Assembly (NCBI GenBank): GCA_044892525.1
Contig: CM097887.1
Coordinates: 72,850,001-72,914,000, forward strand
Direction of reading: 5' to 3'
Length of the DNA: 64,000 nt
DNA from: Schmidtea polychroa
Lineage: Eukaryota
Shown: positions 13,901-25,900 of the stretch, in pieces
How the letters are laid out: each line of letters begins with the position of its first letter
How positions within the stretch are numbered: the stretch's first letter is position 1
Position numbers and translations under genes: made by a program
Notes under the pieces: model-generated
Database searches by the model: none
The model's input: the letters and a program-made list of their open reading frames with translations, nothing else
What the model was told of the DNA's origin: nothing

Positions 13901-16900
13901 CGAAAATTCATCTGCAAATTAAATGGGAAACCCTGTAATGTTTTGATCTTTTTTTAGTTTTTATATCCTATGATCTTTAAATTATATAAGATATATCCCT
14001 AAAAATAAATTTGTGGAAATCATTATATTCAATTTGGTTGTGCTAATCAAAAAAAAACTAGTTTTGATAGATGGATTTCAGCAGAAATTTATTAAAATGC
14101 TGATGAACCATAGTTGATTTGATTGATTTTTAACAATTGGTGAATAAAATATAAAATATTTGTTTAATAAATAAAATAAACTTCAATTTTCCCTACGTTA
14201 AAATGTGAATAAGAGTGAACATCAATCGTCCTGTTCTTAATGTATTTATGCTTTATCAGTGTACGAAGTTCATCTAATAGAAATATCAGATCGCATTTCA
14301 AATTCGAAGAAGAAAGACCAAACTATTGTTTTGTATCAATATCGAGATTGTTATCGAGTTTATTATATGAATATATTGTTAAATTGTCAATCAGTTTTGT
14401 GTCCCTACACTTTGTCTGATTAAATCATTTGAAAATTTCGAAATAAAAGAAAATTATGAACTTGTATACTATTATTTTTTAGAATGCTTCTAAACTTTCT
14501 TTTTAAACCAAGAAAATAAAGTAATCATTTCACTAAACCAAAGTCACTGAATTTTTTGTGCATTAATAGTATGACTAGTATCGACGTTGTTAATCATATC
14601 ATAAACTGCTATTGGATCTTCTTAAATGACATGATGCTTCTAAAACTGTATTTTTTTACATTAGTTAATAAAAAAACTAATTTTTACAATTTTATTTTTT
14701 TTTATAAATTTTATTTTAAGATATAATCTTTCCGTTCTAGGTCAATAAAAGTTACAGCCTTATGAAGCCTTTACAAGTGAACGAAAAATATTTTTTCAGG
14801 TTCTGGAACTGGTGGTTTTTCTAAAACTTGGTTCATATACGAATATTTTTATACTTGATTAAATTAAAAATGTAACCTTTACGTTAATTAAATATAATTA
14901 AATAAAAATCAAATATAATTACTTCCAAAATACTTCAAAATCAATCTGTTAGTTTTGTGACAAAATAATTGCGGTTTTTAATAATAGACTTTAAAGCAAT
15001 ATATCTTTATTTAAAATTGAAATTTTAATTACGCATTTATTTTTCAAGAAGAAAATTTATTAAAAAGAGAGTTCAGTAATAAATCAGTAATATATCGATG
15101 TTTTTTGATACTCACGAATTTCCAGCACTGTTTTTTTCAAGTGAATTTGATCATTATTGCATTTACCTATTATTGTTTGGGAAAAATTAATTTATTTCAC
15201 ATTTTATAATAAATTTATTGGTTTAATTATATTTTGATTACTCAAATAATATTTCCTTTTTTTATATTTTATTTTATAAAAAAACGTTTTTATTTTTATA
15301 TATTTTAATTTTAAATTTAAATTCAAATTCAAATAAACGTTTCAGGGATTTTTTTAAAATTTAGTTGAATGTTGATGGACGGTTTAAGTTTTTTGATATA
15401 TAGAGTCTCTGCGACTAATCTTTGCAATGTATTTTTGAACGCATCTTGTAACATTTTTCATTTTCTTTCGTGTATGAGTGGTGCTGATTTGTGCACATTA
15501 TCCAGTGTTCATGATAATTGCTGGTTTTGCTTTTGACGTGTTCGTTGAGTCTTGTTTAGAACGTTCTATGTGTTGGGCGAATATGAACTGGCAACTCCAT
15601 ATTGCAAATGTAAGCTCTGATTGTATTACATGTCTTATTGTTTAAAAAATGGAAGCGTATGTATATTACTGACTTATTGACGTGTATTATGCCTATTAGA
15701 GTTATATTCACTCAAAAAGTATTTTTCTACGAACCCCTTTGGGTATACATTTTGTAAAAACCGTATTTTAAAGTTTTTTCGTTTTGTCCGAACAGTTCCT
15801 TATTGCTCTTTTACTCTCCTACTAATAGAGTGATTTTTCGTTGGAGTGGAACGTGACTTTCCCAAGGAAGAATGTGTCCACTGTGTAGACTTTTAGTGAA
15901 TAAATCTGTGTTGAATGTGAGTGTGTCTGGACCTTCAGAAGGACTTATCATGGTATCTAAGAAAACAATCGTGCCATCTGGGTCAGGTAGTTCAAGAGTG
16001 AATTGTATACTGGTGTTAGTGGAGTTTGCATGTGCCAAGATTATGTTGAGAGGTACCGTGGAGACTATGAAAATGTCATCAATATATCTTTTCCACATCA
16101 TGATTTTATCTCCAAAAAATGATCTAATATTTGATTCTACATGACGCATGTAGAAAATGGCTAAAATCGGTGAAAGGTTTTCCTTTAATTAATATAGTAT
16201 TTGAGTTTATGGCTAGTTTGACAATTTCTATGAAATCTTGTTCAGATAAGTCTGCAAAAACAGTTTCTGGTTTGAAGGTTTCGAAGAAAGAAGCTGGAAC
16301 TGTAAAGATTTGAAACATCAAGAGATCCCCAAAAGTATTGTTGCTCTAATGATGTTGAAAGAGATAGGTTTGTAATTTTTGCAACAAATTGGTTTGCGTT
16401 TTTAAGATGACAGGGGATAAAATTTAGTAGATTTTTGAGGATTTCAGCAAGAATCATTGAAAGAGTTGTGGATATAGTGTCAACAGCAGATACAAGAGGT
16501 CTACCTTTTAAAGGATCTTTGTGATCTTTGGGCAACATTGTCATGGTACTTGGTAAAGGTTCACTACAATTGCATTTTGAAAGTAAATCTTTGATTTCGA
16601 GGTTAGTCTGTTTTTTAGCAATGACAACAAGTTTCTTATTAAATGTTATCTGCGAGGAGGATGGTAAGATTATTTTGTTTGTTGGCGTATAATTTGCAAG
16701 ATATTCGTTGAAGAGTGATTCATAATGATCCGTGCTAAGTCCCACAAGTCTGTTTGTTTTATCTGAAGGCAGGATTGTTGTGTTTTTATATTACGAGTGA
16801 GAGATTTTTGTGTCGAGAGTTACTCTTTCATGAGATTAAAAAAAATTATAAAACGTTTTTTATAAAATAAAATATAAAAAATAGGAAATATTATTTGGGT

Positions 16901-19900
16901 AATCAAAATATAATTAAACCAATAAATTTTTTAAAATATGAAATAAATTAATTTTTCCAGCAATAATTGGTAAATGTAATAATGATCAAATTCACTTGAA
17001 AAAGACAGTGCCGAAAATTCGTGAGTATCAAAAAACATCGATATATTACTGATTTATAGTCTTCAAGCTCTCTTTTTAATAAATCCAATGAAAAAAATAG
17101 TCAGTGGTGAAATTGGAAAAAGAAGTTCTTATAATAACAAAATTTACTTATTCAGAGTTTTAAAGTCCTGAAACCAACGAATTCTCTGAAGGTGTTTTCA
17201 GATACTTTTCGGTTGTCGAAAATCCTTTTTGTAAAGTTGTCAAGACACTTCAAAAGTATTAACTAGTCATCACGTGTGACAATTTATCATAAAGAATTAA
17301 TTCAGTTTTTTGTAACATCGGATTTTTGATTTTCCAATTTATTGCAAGAGATGAAGAATTGTTGAATGGCTAACATTTAGCTCCAATGTAACTTCTCAGG
17401 TTGTTTAGGACTATTTCACTTTATTAATGGTCGTCAGTTTATTGTTACTGATGACATAATATTTTCGACATCCCTTACTATATGACTATCTCTGTTATTA
17501 TTTTTTTGGAAACAATGTTGGAAACAGTTTACGCTGCTTTATGACTCATTTTGAATTCGTACACTGAAATCAATTGAATTTCCATTTTACACTTCAAAAG
17601 TAGTGGGCATAATTTCGTTATTTAAAATATGTTAGATAAGCATAATTAAATAGTCTTTTTCAAAAATAACAAAAGCTGCAATTATTTTCCTACCTACCTA
17701 ATATAATATTTATCCTGAAAATTATTGTTTTTACATTCATTTTAAAATGTTTTTTATCAAAATGTTTTTTATTGTTTAGGAAATCGTAAAAAATTAAAGA
17801 TATTTTATATTAAATAAATTAATACATTTCAACCTGTAACCTATTCATTGTATTTAGACATCACAGGGCGGTCCTATTTCATGGAGACCTTTAAATATGA
17901 AGAACTCTCACTGTTATCCTAAATACATTAATTTAGGAAATACTGAAAATGTATTAGCTAGAAGCGATGATGGATATGTCACTTGTAAACAGAGAATAGC
18001 GGCCGGAGAAGAATTAAGTGAAACCGAGGAGCTTATTAGACAAATTAAAGGAATATTGAATAAAATTGTTCCACAAAATTTTGATCAGTGTCTCGATGAT
18101 TTGGTGTCTTTAAAAATAGGCACCCACGAGGGCATGACATGTTTAGTTAACGAGTTGTTTTTTAAGGTTCGCCATTGTATATTTTTTACAATGGTAACTT
18201 TATAATAAATAATTTAGGCAGTAAAAGAAGAGGCTTATAGCGTAACATTTGCTAAAATATGCTCGTATTTGGCTTCAATAAAAGCAGATGTATCAGATCA
18301 TGAAATTGTTACATTCAGAAGTGTTTTGCTTCAAAAGTGTCAGGCAATGTTTACAACTCCTTTGGAAGTTAGTAAGATTTTTCTTTAAATATTTTATACA
18401 AAATCCAATATTTAGTGCTATAAGATATTAAAGATTTTATTCGACATTTTATTCTAGTCTTCATCGAGTTTTGTCACCATAAAGAGTATTAAATTCAAAT
18501 CAATTTGTCTGTCAATTTCATTTTCAAATTAAAAAATTTGCATTACATAGAATATAATTTATCTTTTATCGTAATGAAAATATATGAAATTTTAAAAGAA
18601 AATAAAAATAGATCAAAGGTGAACAAAAATATAATGAGTAAACACCAAGGTAAAAATCCCAGGATATTTAGTGCTACGCGAGTGCATAATTTTGGTATAT
18701 ATAAGGTGACCAGACGTCCCGCTTTTCACGATTTATTCCGCGTCCCGCAACGTTTTTCAAAAGTCCCGACTTTTAGAATTAAGTTAAATTTTATATTTAT
18801 GAAGATCATTGTTTTGCATTCTAAGAATCCCACGGACTACTAAGACTAACATATTGCTTTTCTTACCCAGTTACATTGTATTTGTTTCTCAGATGATACA
18901 CTTCGTGTTCGTACTGCGTGCTAGGAAGCTAATTAAACAAATAAATATTACAAATCTGCTACTTACCATAGAAAATTAAGGTAAGTAATTTATTTATATA
19001 TTTCATAAATACATAAATTTTCTTTAACTTAGCTTAAAATACTCGTAGTCTTCAATTTTATATTGATAACAAAAAGTATATCACTGACCCTAATCTTTAA
19101 AGAAATTTTAGAAAGAAATATAAAACTAAAATTTTGCAAATATTTTAAGTTAATCAAACTAATTTCAATATAAACAACAATAAAATATGTTCATGTAAAT
19201 TAAATGATGTTAAAAATCAAAAATATTACCATATTATTTTTATTCTATATGAAAATTCAAAGTTGTCACGCTTTGCCCATCTAAAAATCTGGTCACCTTA
19301 GGTATATATTAAGTAAAATTGTGTAAACTTCATGTAAAAAAAATTAAAGTTCAAGTAATATGTTCTGTTGAAAAAAATATAATTCTTTGAATTCATTTAT
19401 TTATAATTTTTCACGTAATGTTTTTTGATCTTTGACAACTCTATTTATGGATTCTAAACCATTATTTATTTGAAGGACAATTAAATAAACCTCCAAACCA
19501 TCCAGGATGTTGATTAATCCATTCAGATTTGAAATAATCAATAAAATCACTTTCTATCTCATACTTTTGTAAAAATAATTCTCTAGCTGCATTGAATTCA
19601 TTTTCAATATACTTGTAGTGAGGTACCTATTCTCACAGAAACCTAATCCGAGAAATAGATGAATGTAAAATTTAACATAGAACAAAATGTTATTAATTCC
19701 AACGGCTTCGGTCATAGGATCTTTATAGTTATTTGCGAATTCATCCATCAGTTTTGTAAAAATAATTCTCTAGCTGCATTGAATTCATTTTCAATATACT
19801 TGTAGTGAGGTACCTATTCTCACAGAAACCTAATCCGAGAAATAGATGAATGTAAAATTTAACATAGAACAAAATGTTATTAATTCCAACGGCTTCGGTC

Positions 19901-22900
19901 ATAGGATCTTTATAGTTATTTGCGAATTCATCCATCAGTTCGTATGAATTGTGTTGCATGTTGTTCGCTGATTCTGTTTTTTGGTTGTTGCTGCTGAAAT
20001 TGTTATTTAATTCTAAATTCTAATTCTGATGTTACTGGTAGTTACTGTTGTTTTTAAATTTGAAAAAGTGAATTTTTTTATTAATGTTATTCAAACAAAA
20101 TTACACTCGAGAATTTAAATATACCATCTAATATATAAAATTTAATACACCCAACTCTTTTTTACACGGTAGATACGTTCGAACGAAAATCGTGTAAAAA
20201 AAGACATGTTAACTGTTAGCCGCAACAACGTCGAATTCATTCTCAATCTCCATAATTAATAAATTAAACAAATAAAATTACTAAATTTATTTTATTCACA
20301 AAACTGCGCTTTTTTGTAATATTCAAACAATCTGTTCGAGGCTTTTTTATTATTTTAATTTTGATGCTGATTTCAATGCTGGTTTAATTTATTTTATTAT
20401 TTAATATATTTTAATTTATTTTTATATTTTAAAGTTACTTTAATTTATTAATTTAAATATTTATATAAAAATTTATGTAATCTGATATATACAATTTAAA
20501 TGTTTATTAGCAATATCCAGTTTTAACTTAAACGTGAATTCTACCCTTTCATCCCCCTTCTTTAAATTCTTTAATCTTTTCAATATTCCTGATTAAAGAC
20601 TTCCCACTTTTATCTCTCAGCATATAACTGCGATCGTGTATTCGTTTTGTTACCGTGTATGGTCCTTCATATCTATCTTGATCCTTGTTTCGTATTTCTC
20701 GTTTGATTAACACTTTTTGTCTTTTACTTTCAATTTTCAATGCGATATCGTTCCTGTTGATTCTACTATCATTATACCATTTTGATCTATCAATCTTCCT
20801 ACCAAAAATAATTTCAGCTGGGCTTACTCCCGTTGTTTTTTGAATGGTTGCGTTAATTGTATATTCTATATCTGGGATAAGGTCTGCCCAGTCTTTTGTA
20901 TTTCCGTCTTTCAGCGATGCATTAATAAAATCTCTTATTGTCCGGAATTATCTTTCGATTATACCATTCGTATTATGATGATATGGACTCGAATACACTA
21001 TCTCGAACCCTGCATTTTTGCTTATATTCTTTATTCTATTAGCTTCGAATGTTTTCCCGCAATCTACATGTAGTTCTTTGGGTGCCCCAAATTTTAGAAT
21101 CCAGTTGTTTAACAATATCTTCCCAATTGTCTCTTCATCCTGTTTATTTATAGCTGTTAACGAGATGTATTTGCTGTAATGGTCGATTATTGCGCAAATG
21201 TATCTTTTCCTGTTAAATGTTTCTTTCATTGGGCCACATATGTCCATATATATTTTCTCGAAGGGTTCGGATGCTTCAAGTACTTTTGGTTTCTCTTTCA
21301 TCTTTGTAGTTACAACTTTAACTTTTTGACACGATTCGCAATTTGATATTGTCGTTTTTACTTCCTTTATTAGATCTCTCATATCAAAATTGTTTTGTAT
21401 GTATTTGATAACTTTGTCAACTCCAGCATGGCACAGTAATAGATGTGTTTTGTTAATCATTTCTCTTCTTTTGCTCTCTGGTATCCATATTCTTTTATCT
21501 TTGGTATAAATAATATTATCCTCTATTATAAACCTTCCACTCTTTTGCGTTCTTATTTTATTTTTAATCTCCTCTATTTCATCACTATTCATTTGCCATT
21601 CCTCTCCTTTGTCTTCAGTCATTATATTTAACATTCTGGTTTTCATTCTTCCCATTTTAGGATTATCGTGTTCCATAAGACATTGTACACATGTGCCACA
21701 CGTTTTCCTCGATAACATGTCTGCGTTAGTATGTAGTGTACCCTTTCTAAATTCCATTTTTATATCAAGGCTACTTAAATAGTTTATCCAGGTTTGGAAT
21801 TGAGCTGTAATTGGCTTCTTCGTGGTTAGCATAAATGTTATTGCTTTATGATCTGTACGTAGTGTAAATCTTTTTCCATATAAATAGTGATTGAAATGCC
21901 GACAAAAATAATATATAGCCAGGAGTTCCTTTCTTGTAATACAATAGCCTCTTTCGTGATCATTCATCGCATGTGAGCCATAAGCGATAACTTGCTCATA
22001 TCCCATGTCATTCTTCTGTGATAAGACTGCGCCGATTGTATCGAAACTTGCATCCGTATCCAGTATGAATTCTTTCTTAAAATAAGGAAATACCAAAATC
22101 GGTGCGGTTATTAATGCCAACTTCATATTCTCAAAAGCCTGCTCACAATTTTCATTCCATATTATTTTGTCGCTATTTTTACCACATATACTTTCTAAAG
22201 CTCTTGCCTTCTTTGCGTATTCTTTAATAAATTTTCGATAATAGTTGCAAATACCCAAGAAACTCCTTAAATTTTTCACACATTTCGGCCTTTGAAATGA
22301 TTGAATAGCTTCAATTTTGCTCTGATCCGTTTGGATGCTGTCTCTATTTATAATATGGCCTAAGAATTTCACTTCACTTTTCAGTATTTGACATTTTTCA
22401 GGATTAATTCTTAGTTTAGCTTCTGCGATTTTCTGCAATACTCTTTCCAGCAGTTTATAGTGTTCTTCCATTGTGTTAGTAAAAATTAATATATCGTCCA
22501 GATAAACCATTACCCCGTCTTTCCATAAATCCTTTAATATCTTCGTCATGAGCTCTTGAAAGGTTCCTGGTGCTGCCGCGATGCCAAACGGCATTCGGTT
22601 GAAACAGAATTGTCCCTCTTTCGTTGAAAAAGCTGTTTTCTCCTGTGAATCTCTATCCAACTTCACCTGATAGTATGCGTTTCCAAGGTCAATAGAACTA
22701 AAATATCTAGTACCATGCAAAGCATCTCAGATCTCGTCAACGTTAGGCATCGGGAACGCTTGTCTTTCAGTAATTTTGTTAAGTTGTCTAAAGTCCAAAC
22801 AGAGTCTGATATCCTTCTTTTACTTTTTCCAAACGTACACTAAAGGGGTATTCCAAGGTGAATTACACTTCCTTATAATATTATTATCCTCAAGATTTTT

Positions 22901-25900
22901 AATGGCCATGTTTATTTTCTCTTCCAAGTTTATAGGCTGCCTTCTGGGCTTTATCATTATTGGTCCGCCATTTGTTTCAATTTTATGTTGAATTAAATCA
23001 GTGCATCCAACATCCCACTTGTCAGCCATGAAAACACATTTATTTCTCTTGATAATTTCTACAAGCAATTTATCTTCTTTTACTTTCAACTTCTCTATCG
23101 CATGTTGGAATCTTTCTTCATTTGTAATATTCCTCCCAAATTTAGCATCAATTTCACATATACGTTCGTTAGATATCATTTCACCTTCTTGAATCCATCT
23201 TAATTCAATACCGAATTGTTTCTGTAATTCTATACCCCCAATAACATCTGGGACAATGTTTTGTACGACGGTAAAGGTCACTATTTTTGTTAGCTTCCCT
23301 ATCTTTACCTCAATTTGAACTTTTCCTATAGTCTCCAATTTACTGTCATTTGCACACCTTAGCATTTCATCTGTTTTTATTATCTCGACTTTGTCCAATT
23401 TATCCAGTACTGCTTTAGACATTACATTAACTCGTGCTCCTGTATCTAACAGACACTCAATTCCGCGCCCCTGAATTTCAAGTGTTATACTTGGTCTACC
23501 TTGCATTTTATGATAAGTCATACGAGGTCCTTTCCATTCGTCTTTCGTAAATATATTTTGTTCCACTTTGTTCTTTATACTATTGGAAATTTCATTAATC
23601 CACTCAATCTTATCTTCATTCATATCAAATGACTTTTTTAGGAAACTATATACTTTTTCTCCTGTTCTTTCATCGCTACACATTATTTTGCTGTTTTCAT
23701 TTCTATGATCTATACTGCTACTTTTATAAACATTAAAATTAGTTTTATCATCCATATTATTACATAAATCTTTACTAAAAATATTAAAATTATCTACACT
23801 ATTCAAATTATTTACATTATTCAAATTATTTACATTATAAAAATTATTTACATTATTATAACCAGCATTTTCATCAAAATCAAAATTACCTAATAAATGG
23901 CTCCTATCATCGCCTCCTGTGATGGAGCTTCCTCGTTTGGGTATTGCATTTCGTCGTATTTCTCTTCGGCTTCACTTGAATAATTCAGTTGATAGTTTGC
24001 ATCTTGATTTCCAATTGTTGCTACCTCTCTTCTGTTATACTAATTGTTCTGTTGAAATCGGCCCCCTTTATTTCGGTGTGCTGCATTATTTCTTCCGTAA
24101 TGATTCATTTTCGGCTTAAATCTTTCTAGGTTTGTATAGCATTCAGTTTCTTTGTGACCTTGTAGATGACATATCCTACACTGAATGTTTGGACATTCTC
24201 GGCGAACGTGTCCATATAATCCACATCCAAAACACTGAATCCTCCTCTTCATAGTACATTCTCGGCTTAAATGACCTGGTTTTTGGCATACGACGTTCTT
24301 AGTCGCTTCCAATGGTTTTGACATTGGCATCGTATTTGTCTGTGCGGGTCTTTGAACGGCATCTCTGTAGGTTTTGACGGGTTTCATATATGTTATAGGT
24401 CGGATGGAGTTAACATGGTTTATAGCTTTATTCACTTTCTCAACTTTTCTAATTGTGCTTTTAATTTCTTCTGACGTCTTTAGTTCTTGCATTTCTATTT
24501 CCTTTTTAACTTTTTTCTCTCGAGCCCCATTCATGAGTAGGCACTTTTTAATTTCTTCTTCGTTCCACTCATGTCGCAATAATCTTTTGGTTAATTTCTC
24601 TACTTTTTCGATAAAGCGGTCTGCTGAATCGGATCCTTGTTCATAATTTAGAGCTTCCTTTAAGTCTTCGAATAATGATTTTGGCCTCGAAAATGCTGAT
24701 CTGAGCTTCTCTTCAAATGTTTTTCCTTCTGCTTTTTCATATTCATCGTATAATGGTTTATCCAACAGTGTGGTAACCAGAATCATCTGCATCTTGACAG
24801 ATGTTTTCGTAATATTAAAAAATTTTTGGCATTCTTTGATGAATTCTTCCAGGTCGTCGTCTCTGTGGAATCTTTCTGGTAGCAACCTGCTAATCAATAG
24901 GTTTGTTGGCGTGGTCGCCATGTTAGCCGCAACAACGTCGAATTCATTCTCAATCTCCATAATTAATAAATTAAACAAATAAAATTACTAAATTTATTTT
25001 ATTCACAAAACTGCGCTTTTTTGTAATATTCAAACAATCTGTTCGAGGCTTTTTTATTATTTTAATTTTGATGCTGATTTCAATGCTGGTTTAATTTATT
25101 TTATTATTTAATATTAATTTATTTTTATATTTTAAAGTTACTTTAATTTATTAATTTAAATATTTATATAAAAATTTATGTAATCTGATATATACAATTT
25201 AAATGTTTATTAGCAATATCCAGTTTTAACTTAAACGTGAATTCTACCCTTTCATTAACCATAGTAAAATTGAGGATGTGTTCTACAATTATAGAAAACC
25301 GTGTAAAATAGAAAAAGGAACCATTAGTTGTTCTAGTGATTTCGGCAGGCAGGCACTACATTAGACCTCGCCGAAATACGTGGAGCTTATGTATGGAAGG
25401 TGGATGTTCGGTCGTACTGACTCAATCTGAGTAATCTTGGTGGTAATCGCGTAATTATTGAGGTTCGCGACGGTTTCGGGCGGGGCGTGAAAACGTGTGT
25501 GTTGTTGTTGGGACAGGCTCTGGGTGGTTGCCTACGAAGATTTGATCGTTGAAGTCGGAATCTTCTGTCACGTCGTCGTCTAGCAGTGGGTGTGAAGGAG
25601 AATGAGATGCTGTTTCATCTATTAAGAACGCTGGTTGCAGGCGAGACAGGTTGATGATGCGTGATACTTCATTTATTTCGAGTTCGGCTGTGTTTCTGAA
25701 GAGTCTGAGTATACGGAAAGGTGCTGAGTAGCGCGGCTTTAAATTGCTGTGATCCATGCATTTGAGCCATGTGTGAGACGCAGAGGAGAGAGCAGTCGGC
25801 CGGTATAGCTTGTATAGCGAAGAATAAGTAAATGATGGGTTTGTATCGAGGGCAAGGAAATGGTTCCGAGCCTCGTTGATTTGCTGTAGTGAGGACTCCG

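Larger units (their letters stand above)
20214..25254 (-). mobile_element. Structurally complete Ty3/Gypsy LTR retrotransposon (5041 bp)
   Basis: LTRs TG...CA at 20214-20551 and 24921-25254, with 5-bp TSD TTAAC (20209-20213, 25255-25259). It has a PBS, a PPT, and gag plus PR-RT-RH-IN in Gypsy order. Confidence 0.97.

Noticed and set aside
17409-17437. Second hammerhead-like string on the minus strand (CTGACGA...GAAATAGTC)
   Set aside because: Neither stem I nor stem II can pair.
20948-24042. Stop-codon reassignment or readthrough as an explanation for the in-frame stops in gag-pol
   Set aside because: All three stop types occur. Host genes end in ordinary TAA. The sister gag is uninterrupted across the equivalent region, and the degenerate copy has CAA at the integrase position.
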